From Selaginella moellendorffii (taxonomy: Eukaryota > Plantae > Lycopodiophyta): a stretch of 64,000 nt of DNA. The stretch spans positions 2,815,728 to 2,879,727 of the forward strand of contig NW_003314272.1 of NCBI RefSeq assembly GCF_000143415.4. The letters run 5' to 3'. Position 1 is the first letter of the stretch. Every line of letters begins with the position of its first letter. This document shows, in pieces, positions 26,101-37,968 of this stretch. The position numbers and the translations under genes were made by a program. Under the pieces are notes generated by a model. It worked only from the letters and a program-made list of their open reading frames with translations. It ran no database searches and was not told the origin of the DNA.

Positions 26101-27477
26101 CAGAGCAGCAAGGGTGGCTAACTCCGTTGGTCATTTCCTTGTCGGCGACGGCCAGAAAGTGTCTGAGTTGGTAGCGCATCCGCGTTAGACAAAGAGGTTG
26201 CCTCCTAACTCATTTAAGTTGGTGCATTTCTCACATAGTGTGAGTACTATGAACTTTTTCTGGAGTTGTTTCCTTGGCGGTATTCTAGTCTCAAGTGTGC
26301 ATCGACAAGGACGTCGATCTTCCCTAGGGGGAGAGAGTGTCGCGAATGTGACTTCGGGTATCGAAAGTTACCTGTCGGTTAGTCCTTTTGGATATTCTTT
26401 CTTTACTGCCACGACGGCAGGAGGTTGGTATTGCTGGACCCGTTATTAGTCTCCACTTAAGATAGTTGAGAAATTGGTCATCACATGTGCACTTAGACCG
26501 GAAGGGCACTAAGGAAGGAAATCTTAAGTTGTCATTTAGTCAAGCAGACTTGACACGGTGATGAGAAACTCATGATGTTGACTTGCACTTGCTAGTGTTG
26601 GGAACCCCTGCGATATTGAGCTTGGTCCCTCAATATCACTAGATGATAGCTTACTGTGTCTGCCAAACACCCTTGCTATCATGCCCTTTGTGTTAGTTTC
26701 ATTTCGGTCTCAAATGCTATTTATGGAAAGTGTCCAGATTTGCTCACTTGGCATATTTACAGAATGTAGAGATCGTCCTGAACACAATGGTGTTCGTCCC
26801 GTGTCCAAATTCACAATCTAGGGACATTCCATATTTAGTAAGTTTGGAGTTTGTCCTAGAGACTAACTCTTGATACTAAGGGAAGCTTGGGGTGAAAGCC
26901 CAAAGTATGTGTTCCTCAAAGGGGGGGGGGGGGGGGGGGCGGGTTCCAAATATATAGTAGGGATAGTGGGTAGGTCGGGCATGGCCGACCAACCTGAGGC
27001 ATAATCTAGCTCTCGCTTGCGTGCTTGTCCTTGTTTTGCGTCCGGCTTGGGTCTAAGCCCAAGTTCCATTCCATGCTAGCTGGTGGAGTACCCATGTTCT
27101 CGCGTTAGGCCACCGGTATGTCAAAATAGCACCAGACTCCATTTGGCTCCATTTTGCGTGCTGGTTCTGGCATTGGGATGCTGATTACTCTAAGACTGTT
27201 TTAAGTCGCTCCGGGCTCCTGTCCCTTTGCTCTTTGGGCTTTATGCTCAGGAGTTGCTCTATGGTTTGGTTCCATCACTCTTTGGCTCCATGCTTAGGAT
27301 TTTGGCACCGTTCTTTTGTTTAGTGGCCCAAGGCCTTGAACCTCGGGTTCCTATGGACACGTGGCATGTGACACGTGGCATCTGTCACGTGGCACAAAGA
27401 GGGTTTAGGTTCCGCTTCGTGGTGTTATCCTATGGTAAATCACCATAGGATAAAGGGTCAAAACCACGTGCGCTACA
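20102..27477 (+). mobile_element. Complete non-coding LTR retroelement (LARD-like, family E)
   Basis: LTRs 20102-21342 and 26338-27477 (TG..CA), perfect 5-bp TSD CTAAT (20097-20101 / 27478-27482), tRNA-iMet PBS TGGTATCAGAG at 21345, PPT AGGGGGAGAGAG at 26326-26337. The ~5 kb interior has no long ORF. Confidence 0.92.
20694..20793. other. Assembly gap (100 N) within a poly-G run of the 5' LTR
   Basis: N run flanked by G runs; the equivalent position in the 3' LTR (26921-26939) is a pure G tract. Confidence 0.95.
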
Positions 27478-27573
27478 CTAATAATCAACTGTGGAAAAGG
27501 CTCTATTAGATCAAATACCACTAATTCAAATGGACAAGAAATTGATTCCAACTATCACTTTGCAGCACTAAGG

Positions 27574-28150
27574 TGTAAGCAACCAAAGGGAATAACTCAA
27601 GAGACGATCGATAAAGGTTTAAATATAAAGAGAGCACCCCTTTTTCCAATCGGTTAAGGATTTTAGGATATTTGGGGTTAAGCATCATTAAGTTTGAATA
27701 GTACTGGGTTGGGTGACCTCCTGGGAAGTCTAAATTCAGGAGATTACATTTGGTATCAGAGGGGTCTCAAGTTTGACTCTGTTAGTTAGCTTAGGGGAAT
27801 CACAACATTGATTGATATTTGATAGGTCCAATTTGCTCCACTGGGCTCGACCTGAGGGGTAGGGTGTCAAAAGATTGGGGCTCTTGAGAGAATTGTAGCT
27901 TTCAGTTTTCGTTCACGAGGGCGTGAACTTGTAAAGAAGTGTGGTGGATTATAAAAAACCAAAAGAAACGACTTGAGAAACAATCTATAGGGGTTCAAAT
28001 ATAGAGGGAAAGGGTCTATGAACAAGAATGCACCCTTTTATTTTTTTTCAATCGGTTAAAAGTTTTAAGATATTTGGGGTTAAGCATCCTTGGGTTTGAA
28101 TAATACTGGGCTGGGTGACCTCCTAGAAAGTTCAAATTTAGGAGTTTACA
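27574..28150 (+). mobile_element. Cassandra-like TRIM with 5S rRNA-derived internal promoter sequence in both LTRs
   Basis: LTRs 27574-27748 and 27950-28150, PBS TGGTATCAGAG at 27751, ~200-bp interior with a PPT-like tract. Each LTR carries GTTAAGC...TA(G/A)TACTGGG.TGGGTGACCTCCT(G/A)G(G/A)AAGT, matching the plant 5S A-box/IE/C-box region. Confidence 0.88.
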
Positions 28151-28320
28151 TAGAGGAGTAATATGGCCTTAGCACCAGCCATAATTATATATATATTGAA
28201 TAATATCACATCACATCTTCAACCAATAAAGAGATTTATATAACTTCTCAATCATATGCCAATGTCCTATATGCCCACATAGAATATGAGAGTTATGATA
28301 AACATAGAGAAAATGTGGAA
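28151..28320 (-). mobile_element. Host element A: integrase zinc-finger remnant
   Basis: HNSHILCGHIGHWHMIEKLYKSLYWLKM in ORF 28211..28549. Confidence 0.65.
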
Positions 28321-31300
28321 TATTGCCTTTCCCACAATTCGCCCAACACATTAGTGTTCTTGGCCTAACTTTGCCTTTTGGATTCTTTCCTATGATTCCC
28401 ATGACTCTATTTTTTTTTTTAGCCATTAGTCTTTTGCTCCTATCCTTGAGTGCTGGACCTAACAATATTGGATCACTACCTCTATTCTTGAGGTATCCTT
28501 TCAATTCCATAGTAAAGACTTTGCTTTGCCAAGTCCAAAGGGTGTTCACCCCTAGTACGTCTCTTTAGCATTTTCTACTGTGGGCCCTATCTCTGGCCCA
28601 ACTTTATGACCCTCATATGGGTCTCTTATAAAGACTACTTTCTTTGGATTCACTATGCTATCGCATAGTCACAGATCATTTCCCTTAGGTGTTCTTTCCA
28701 CTTGGTCACCTTGACCAAGCCACACCATCATCAATAGTTTAAATCAACACTTTAAACTAGGACCTTTATCCTTTAACCTCACAAGGACCTTGTCCTTGTT
28801 TTAGCCATAAGATCATTTTGTGATCTAACCTTGGGACCTTAACAAGTTTTCCAATAGGCACTAAATCCTCTAGACCTTTAAGTTGTTCACCATGACCCCG
28901 GGGGCATCCCCCACACTTGGCGGTGCACCCAAGCCAACCCTTCTGGCTAAGGGTCCATAGCAACTGAGACTGGGTATCCCCATCTTATTCACCACGTCCT
29001 TGGTGCCACTCGCACCAAAGTGTTCAAGTTAGATATGCCGAGCCACACTAAACAATCTAATTGTGCATCACGATTGTAGGGCATCCTCCGCTTGGCAGTA
29101 TGCCCAAGCCAGTCTTCTTATTGAGAGTCCATGACCACTGAAAAATGAGTGTCCTCATATTTCAAACCATCACTGTGCCCTAGTGAGTTGGGACTCAAAC
29201 CCAAGCACTAAAGGGTCGGGACTCGAACCCAACCTCCATATATGCATTTATGGATGGCATCACACAGGATGCTTGGCGTGACTCTCCACGCCAGTGCACC
29301 AACATGTACTTAAAACGTGCTATAGATCACAGCTTAAGAACCTAGTTCCTCCGCACTGTTGTGAGACACAAAATCCCTAGGCCCCAAAGTGGAGCCGGAA
29401 AGGGTGCCACGTGGTAGTGGCTGAAGCGAGAGCCAAACGAGCGTAACACGTTTGGACCAAAAGCTCCGACTTGAAAAGTCAAGAGCGGGAGTGGAACTCC
29501 CAACGAAGTGCTCGAGGAACGAGCACGAAGCGAGCAAAAAGCGAGGCTCCAAAAAGGGACCCAAAAGGACCAACACATGACACGTGGAAGTGTCCGAGAT
29601 GGACTCGAGTTGGAGTCCGAAGTGGAGTCCGAGATGGACTCGAGTTAGAGTCCGAAGTGGAGTCTGAGATGGACTCGAGTTGGAGTCCGAAGTGGAGTCC
29701 GAGATGGACCCGAGTTGGAGTCCGAAGTGGAGTTCGAGATGGACCCGAGTTGGAGTCCGAAGTGGAGTCCGAGATGGACCCGAGATGGAGTCCGAGGTGG
29801 ACCCGAGATGGACCCGAGATGGAGTCCGAGAGTCATCACATGGACAAGTAGTCCTAAGGGGCAGAGGTTGCCCCAGAGAACAAAAACAAGTGTCAGCGTA
29901 ACACTTGTGAAAATAGTTCTTCTGAGTAGGACAGGAATGCAGGAAGGGTATTCCAGTGAGCTAGTGCCTCACAAGTGGAACCTTACGGGTCCGTGGATTA
30001 ACCAAGTCCAAAACTGCTGGATGACTCAAGTAGAGTGAAGGGATGGTCCTAAAAGGACTGATGGAAGCAGTTTGACTGAGGTGTGTTGTACCCCACGAAG
30101 GATGGGGGGGGATCATAGGATCCAAGGATGAGAACAGAGGGTATCTCATCGATGGCAAAATGTGCCATGCTAAAGTTGTGGGAAAGGTGTTCCCAAAAAG
30201 AAAACAACTTTGACACAAAGTTGTGTGTGACCTCTATAGTGCAGTGCTAACCAATGGTTGGCATGAGAAAGAGCGGTATTGGTCTTGGCAAAGACTTATA
30301 CACAAAGAAGAAGTGTCATAGAGGTAGGCTCGTGAAGCCGATGGTGTGGAAACACAAAATGGGCCAAGGCGTGATACCTTGAGGCTATGTTGGTGGGTTC
30401 GTGAGAACCCCTTGCCAAAAGAATCCCAATGGAAATGGGAATGGCATAGCCTAAGCGTCAGAGCATGCAGTTGGAGTGTGGTGACCCAGATAATGATGGA
30501 GGTGTGGAAGCACCAGCAATGAGTTATAGGACTTGACAACTATGAGACAACTAAACAAGAGGTGCAAAATAATTGGTTAAACGGGTAGAAGGTAGCTACC
30601 CAAGCCTTCTTAATGGCATAGGAAAGTTGGACGTACCCTTACGGGGGATAAGTTGCTTATGTTGCGATATAGTAAGTTAATGTCATAAAAGGAAATACTC
30701 ATTATCAAGGAAGCCATCATTGGGACACCCGAACACTCTAGAACACTAGGAGGTGGTGTTTGATGTCGCGAGGGCAATGGATAAGGCCCAAGGGACTAAG
30801 TCCCTAGCAAATGATGGATAGAAGGTGCTATCCAAATGTCCAAGGTTGCGGAGACAGGAGAAGACTGTCTACCCGAGTTGGACAAAGCCAAAAAATGGAA
30901 TTTTGGCAAGGCTAGTGATGGGCATGTAAAGGCCCATAAACAACAATGTAATCCCAGTGTGTGGGATTATAAAGTGAGCATACCTGGATTGAGGAACCAC
31001 TTCCTAGGCTATTGGGTAGGTTCATCCTTAAGAATACTTGCTAAGGCATGATAGAAAGTGCAAAGCCATCCTCCTGGTCTGGAGGAGAATGACCAAAGGA
31101 AAGGTGTGAAGCCAAAAGCAAGAAGTAAGGGGATAGAACCGAATCATAGGAATCGAAAGGCATAACCAAGGTTGGTTATGCCAGCTGGGAGTGGAGAATC
31201 AAGTGGGGGCTCGAGGGTGTTGCCGCTAGCAACTGTGATACCATGGAGAGTCTAAAACATGGAATTGTCCATGTTAGACTATATGGTAATTGGAAAGCTT

Positions 31301-33217
31301 ACAAAAAAGGAGGCCTTAGCAAGCTAAGGGACAAAGTTCCTTCAAGGTTCCCAAAGAGGATTCTAGGTAGCTTAGTACCTAGAAAGACCAAGCGTAAATG
31401 GTTCAAGGAACGCGCGAAATCGGAGTGGCGCAGCAGAAGCGTGGTCTTGAAGCTTGCCATGAGGCAAGGCTATCAAGGTTAGGGAAGTAGTTCCCGAGTG
31501 TTCAAAGAGAGGGCTTTGAACGAAAGTTAATGGTTAAGGACTTCCACGCTTATGCATGAACCATGTTACGGTGGCCGGATGACTTGCTAAGTGAGATTGG
31601 CAAGTTGGGGGGAACAAATACCCTAGTTGAAGGTGCTAACTTCAAAAAAGGTGGCCCATGGGGCCAAGCATGGAGGAGCCCATGCATGATCACAGATATG
31701 TCAAGTGAGAGGACTTGGCAGTGTGGGGGAACTAGGTTCCTAAGCTGTGATCTGTAGCGCGCTTTGAAAATAGGTTGGTGCACCGGCGTGGGGAGTCACG
31801 CCAGGCATCTAGTGTGATGCCGTCCGTAGATGCATATACGGAGGTTGGGTTCGAGTCCCGACCCTCTAGTGTTTGGGTTCGAGTCCCAAATCACTAGGGC
31901 GTGGTGATGGTTTGGAATATGAGGACACACATATTTCGGTGGTCATGGACTCTCAGTGGGGAGACTGGTTTGGGCACACCGCCAAACGAGGGATGCCTCG
32001 GAGTCGTGATGCACGGTTAGATTGCTTAGTGTGAAAGCTCGGCATATCTAACTTGAACGCTTTGGTGCAAGTGGCACCAAGGACGTGGTGAGTGAGATGG
32101 GGACACCTAATCTCAGTTGCTATGGACCCTTGGCCGGAAGGGCTGGCTTGGGTGCACCGCCAAGTGTGGGGGATGCCCCCAGGGTTGTAGTTAACAAGTT
32201 AAAGGTCTGGAAGACCTAGTATCTATTGGCAAACCTGTTAAGGTGCCGAGGTGAGATCACTAGGTGATCTTGTGGCTAAATAAGGACAAGGTCCTTGTTT
32301 GGGTTAAGGAATAAGGTTCCTAGTTCAAAGTGTTGATTTGAACTATTGATGATAGTGTGGCTTGGTCAAGGTGACCAAGTGGGAAAAGCACCTTAGGGAA
32401 ATGAGCTATGTCATTGCGATGGCATAGTGTGTCTAAGGAAAGTAGTCTCTAAAGAGACCCATGAGAGGGTCACAAAGTTGGGCCGAGGATAGAGCCCACA
32501 GCAGAAGATGCTAAAAGAGACTTACTAGGGGTGAACACCCTAGTCTTGGCAAAGCAGAGCCTTTGCTATGGAATCAAAAGAACACCTCAAGGAGGGAGGT
32601 AGAGATTCGATGTTGCTTGGTGCAACAATCAATGGATAGGAGCAAAAGATGAGTGGCTAAGATAGGGCCGTGGAATCCCTTGGAAGGAATCCAAGTGGCA
32701 AAGTTAGGCAAGGAACACTAATGTGTTGGACGCTAACAAATTGCGGGAAAGGAAGTGTGTTTCCAAGGATGGATTCCGAATTGCTCCGATTTGGCGAAAG
32801 TGGAAGCTCCAAGGGAGGGAGCAATAAGGTAGCCAACTGATAAGATCATGAACAGCCCTAGCACAAAGTATGATGAATGGAACTTAGTGCCCAAGGTGGC
32901 ACGAAATAGAAGAGAGGATGATGGTGCCCTCAAGTAATGAACTTCCTAAGATAGGGAAGTGGAGTTGCACAATCTGTGCAATGCAAGGTGTTGGGGACAC
33001 CTAGGAAATTGACTTCCAAAAGTCAAAAGAGTAAAAGTTCCAAGGTGCAAACATTCAATAGATGGAAATTGAGACTACTCGAGAAGGAGTAGTGGGATTG
33101 ACTTAGAGAAGGGTCTCTAAGAGGTTTAGCGAGAACTAAACCAATAAAAGGAGAGAACCACTACATGTGGTCCAATCAGTCTCTAAGTTGGAAAGACTAC
33201 CCTCCTTAGAGGATGGG

Positions 33218-33349
33218 CAAGGCATGGTCAGCCTTTGGTGTCAAACCATTGACGAATATGCAGAAGGCATGGTGAGCCTTCAATGTCAAACCATTGATAA
33301 ATATGGAGAAGGCATGGTAAGCCTTCAATGTCAAACCATTGACAAATAT
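33218..33349 (+). repeat. 45-bp tandem repeat (~3 copies) upstream of the PPT; also at ~51907-52037
   Basis: Unit GCATGGTNAGCCTTYRRTGTCAAACCATTGAYRAATATGSAGAAG. Confidence 0.85.
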
Positions 33350-33689
33350 TGGCTAGGTGCCAAGAATGGAAATGGTAACACATGCGAGTGTTACTTTACA
33401 AAATGGTTTACCGTTCGATGAGGACATCGAACTTCGTCTATGGGTGGTGGAGTTGTGAGACACAAAATCCCTAGGCCCCAAAGTGGAGCCGGAAAGGGTG
33501 CCACGTGGTAGTGGCTGAAGCGAGAGCCAAACGAGCGTAACACGTTTGGACCAAAAGCTCCGACTTGAAAAGTCAAGAGCGGGAGTGGAACTCCCAACGA
33601 AGCGCTCGAGGAACGAGCACGAAGCGAGCAAAAAGTGAGGCTCCAAAAAGGGACCCAAAAGGACCAACACATGACACGTGGAAGTGTCC

Positions 33690-34080
33690 AAGATGGACTC
33701 GAGTTGGACTCCGAAGTGGAGTCCGAGATGGACTCGAGTTGGAGTCCGAAGTGGAGTCCGAGATGGACCCGAGTTGGAGTCCGAAGTGGAGTCCGAGATG
33801 GACCCAAGTTGGAGTCCGAAGTGGAGTCCGAGATGGACCCGAGATGGAGTCCGAGATGGAGTCCGAGATGGAGTCCGAGATGGAGTCCGAAGTCGAGACC
33901 GAGACCGGGACCGAGACTGAGACCGAGACCGAGACCGAGACCGAGATCGGGACCGAGAACGAGACTGAGGCCAAGGCCGAGACCGAGATCGAGCCCGAGC
34001 CCGAGTCCGAGTCCGAGTCCGAGTCCGAGTCCGAGTCCGAGTCCGAGTCCGAGTCCGAGTCCGAGTCCGAGTCCGAGTCT
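33690..34080 (+). repeat. LTR-internal satellite of 11/12-bp (GAGATGGAGTCC, GAGATGGACCC) and 6-bp (GAGACC, GAGTCC) units; also at ~29595-29830, 37495-37740, 46580-47040, 52375-52965
   Basis: Direct inspection. This repeat explains the low-complexity ORFs in all six frames. Confidence 0.95.
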
Positions 34081-37000
34081 GAGAGGGTGAAAGCCCAAAG
34101 CGTTCGCCTCCCAGACCCTGGGGGGTTTGGTGAGCTCCAAAAGTATAGTAGGGGGAGGACTGCAGTGGAGCCAATTTGGCCAGGAAAGGCCAGTTTGGCC
34201 CAGGAAGGCCGGACCCAGTGTTGGGTGATGAGCTGCCCACTAGGAAGTCCAAGACTAGAGTGAACACAGACCGACAAACGGGGTAGCTTGGTGAAGTGTT
34301 CAAGAGCCGACTCTAGTTCCCCCGGGAGATCGACTGGCCGATGCTCCCAGTCCAAGTGTGGGTGGCACTACCTACTTGGATACCTGGTGTGGCTCAACGG
34401 AACCCGCTCTAAGCCCATGGCTAGAGCACCCAAGGGCAGAAGGCGAGGAGAGTACCCAGGTGGCTCGCGTAAGGCCACGGTGTTCCGAAATGTTGTCCCA
34501 AAGGCCCAAACTGTGGAAAGGAAGAGGAGCAGTCCTCTGGGGTAGTGACCAAGGACACAGTCGTGTGGTGAGGAAGTCCCAGAGGACCGTGGGACTTAGT
34601 GGTCGGGCCTGTGGGTCTCGATCCAGTGGCAGTGTTGGCAAACATGGCCAGGGGCAGAAAGGGACTTAGTGGGGACTGACAGAGGGATATTGGGGAAGGC
34701 TATTCCCCTTGTTGGTGGGCATCCTAAGGATGCTAAGGAGTGGATCTGAGATGACCACTCACGGATGGTTTGCCTAGTCTTGGAGAGCCAAGACGGTGAT
34801 GCAAGTGGTATTGGACTACCAGTGTGGCAAAGGTGATTGGGCATGGCCTTAGCGTAACGGGCTGCTATGTCGGTGCTACCTTTGAGTGTCGGTCATGGGA
34901 TCGGACACGTGGAGCACTGGGACCAAGTGCAAATGTTGAGTGGCATGGATGCCATTCTCAGGGCTAGCAAGTCCCAAGTCCTGGATTGGACTTATGGAGG
35001 TTGTGAATGAGACTCCTCCAAGTGGTCAGAGGTGTGGTTAAGTGACTAAAGTAGAATGGAAAATTTAGTCGCTTACAACTGCCAAGTCCTCTCACCTGGC
35101 AAGTCTGTGATCATGCATGGACTCCTCCATGCTTGGCCCCATGGGCCACCCTTTTTGAAGTTAGCACCTTCGATTAGAGGATTTGTTCCCCTAACTTGCC
35201 AATCTCACTTAGCAAGTCATCCGGCCACCGTAACATAGTTCATGCATAAGCATGAAAGTCCTTAACCATTGACTTTCGTTCAAAGCCCTTTTTTTGAACA
35301 CTTAGGATTCCCCAACCTTGATAGCCTTGCCTCATGGCCAGCTTCAAGACCATGCTTTTGCTGCACCACTCTGATTTTATGCGCTCTAGGAACCATTTAC
35401 ACTTGGCTTTCTAAGTACTTATTTACCTAGAATTGTCTTTGGGAACCTTCAAGGAACTTTGTTCCTTAGCTTACTAAGGCTTCTCTTTTGCAAGCTCCCT
35501 ACTCACCATATGGTTTAACATGGATAATTTCACATTTTAGACTTTCTATGGCATCGCGGTTACTAGTAACAACATCCTTGAACACTCTCTTGATTCTCCA
35601 TTCCCAACTTGCATAACCATCGTTGGTTATGCCCTTCGATTTTTATGGTTCAGTTCCATCCTAATACTACTTACCTTTGGCCTCATATGTTTCCTTTGTT
35701 TATTCTCCTCCAGACTAAGAGGATAGCTTTGCACATTCTACCATGCCTTAGCAAGTATTCATAGGGATAAATCTACCCAATAGCTTAGGTAGTGGTTCCT
35801 CAATCTGGGCATGCTCATCTTATAATCCCACATACCGGGATTAACGTTGCTACTTATGGGCCTCTATATGCCCATCACTAGCCTTGCCAAAATCCCATTT
35901 TTGGTTTTGTCCAAATTAGGTAAATAGATTTCTTCTATCTCCAGAACCTTGGATGTTTGGATAACACCTCCTATCCATCATTCGCTAAAGACTTAGTCCC
36001 TTGGGCCTTACCTAATGCCCTTGCGACTCCAAACTCCACTTCCTGGTATTTTAGAGTGTTTGGGTGTCCCAATGATGGCTTTCTTTGGCAATGAGCATTC
36101 TTTTACGACATTGACTTACTATATCGTAACATAAGTAGTTCTCCCCCATAAGGGTATATTTAACTTCTTTATCCAATAAAAAGTCTTAGATAACTACTTT
36201 CTACCAATTTAACCAATTATTTTGCACCTTTTGCTTAGTTGCCTCATAGTTGTCAAGTCCTACAACTCATTGCTGATGCTTCCACACCTCCATCATTATT
36301 GGCCCTTTTCTATCCACCACCTCGCCTACAAGTTCACACATGAATTGTAGTGGAGAGTCATGTCTTCCCGACCTGCTACTCCTCAAGGATAGGCCCACTC
36401 CTAGGACCTTCCGATGCCAACACCAGTGGTAATATACTTGAGCACAACTAAAAGTCAGACTAAGGAACAACTTCGATACCAAGTTGTAAACGACTAAATT
36501 TTTCCATTCTACTTTAGTTACTTAACCACACCTCTGACCACTTGGAGGAGTCTCACTCACAACCTCCATAAGCCCTATTTCAGACTTGGGCTTGCTAGCC
36601 CTGAGAATGACATCCTTGCCACTCAACCTTTGCACTTGGTCCAAGTGCTCCACGTGTCCGATCCCATGACTAACACCCTAAGGTACCATCGACATATCAG
36701 CCTATTATGCTAAGGCCATGCCCCTTCACCTTGGTCACATCAGTGGTCTAACACCACCTGCATCACAGTCCTATCTCTCAAGGACTAAACCATCCATCCA
36801 TGAGTGATCATCCTAGATCCACTCCTTAGCATCCTTAAGATGCCCGCAGATATGGGGAATAGCCTTCCCCAATATCCCTTTTCTGGTCCCCACCAAGTCC
36901 CTTTTTGCCCATGGCCGTGGTCGCCAACACTGCACTAGATCAAGGCCCACAGGCCCGACCACTAAGTCCCACGGTCCTATGGGACTTCCTCACCATACGG

Positions 37001-37968
37001 CTGTATCCTTAGTCATTACACCAGAGGACTACTCTTCTTCCTTTCCACAGTCTGGGCCTTTGGGACAACATTTCGGAACACTATGGCCCTATACGAGCCT
37101 CATGGGTACTCTCCCCACCTTTCACCTTTGGGTGCTCTATCCATGGGCTTAGAGCGAGGTTCTGTTGAGCCGCGCCAGGTATCCAAATAGGTAGTGTCAC
37201 CCACACTTGGACTGGGAGCATCGACCATTCGATCTCTCGGGGGAACTAGAGCCAGCTCTTAAACACTTCACCAAGTTACCCCGCTTGTCAGTCTGCATTC
37301 ATTCTAGTCTTGGATTTCCCAGTGGTCAACTCATCACTCAACACCTAGGTACAGCCTTCTTGGGCCAAACTGGCCTTTCTTGGCTAAACTAACTCCACTG
37401 GGCTCCAACCCCCACACTCTCCCTACTATACTTTTGGAACCCCCCCTGGGGGACGATCACTTTGGGCTTTCACCCAATAGCCTGTAGTAGTATTCTGACT
37501 CGAATTTGGACTCGGACTCGGTCTTGATCTTGGTTTCGGACTCGGACTCGGTCTTGGTCTCGGTTCCATCTCGGACTCCATCTCGGACTCCATCTCGGGT
37601 CCATCTCAGACTCCATCTCGGATCCATCTCGACTCCATCTCGGGTCCATCTCGGACTCCATCTTGGACTCCATCTCGGGTCCATCTCGGACTCCATCTTG
37701 GACTCCATCTCAAACTCCATCTTGGTCTCCATCTCAGACTTATCCACGTGTCATGTGTTGGTCCTTTTGGGTCCCTTTTTGGAGCTTTGCTTATTGCTTG
37801 CTTCGTGCTCGTTCCTCGAGCACTTTGGTGGGAGTTCCACTCCTGTTCTCGACCTTTCAAATCGGAGCTTTAGTCCAAACGTGATATGCTTGTTTGGCTT
37901 TCGCTTTGGCCACTACCATGTGGCACCCTTTCGGCTCCACTTTGGGCCTAGGGATTTTGTGTCTCACA

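Larger units (their letters stand above)
29360..35077 (+). mobile_element. Family B element, copy B1, nested in B0; 5' LTR/PBS partly deleted
   Basis: TGTGAGACAC start, 3' LTR 33454-35077 ending CTTACA, PPT ATGGGTGGTGGAGT at 33440-33453, TSD ACTGT/ACTGC. At ~29832 the 5' LTR satellite joins directly to interior sequence. Confidence 0.9.
28320..37968 (-). mobile_element. Non-autonomous Gypsy-derived element, family B, older copy B0 (3' LTR missing; split by B1)
   Basis: 5' LTR at 36485-37968 (minus) with adjacent PBS (rc TGGTATCGAAG, 36471-36481). Interior segments 35078-36484 and 28320-29359 are reverse complements of the B1/B3 interior. Confidence 0.85.

Noticed and set aside
27677-27730. 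5S rRNA gene
   Set aside because: Only the internal-promoter part is present, duplicated within the LTRs of a TRIM; it is not a full ~120-nt gene.
29595-29830. Regularly spaced 35-bp repeats resembling a CRISPR array
   Set aside because: There are no unique spacers, the context is a eukaryotic LTR, and no cas genes are present.
31820-31900. tRNA gene or tRNA-derived SINE
   Set aside because: T-loop/B-box motifs are present, but I see no A-box, D-arm, acceptor stem, tail or TSD.
33353-34355. Long overlapping ORFs rich in RS, DS, LG or ES dipeptides (also 46245-47319, 52041-53244, 57160-57578, 63486-63909)
   Set aside because: They are translations of the stop-poor LTR satellite in all frames, not SR proteins or other genes.
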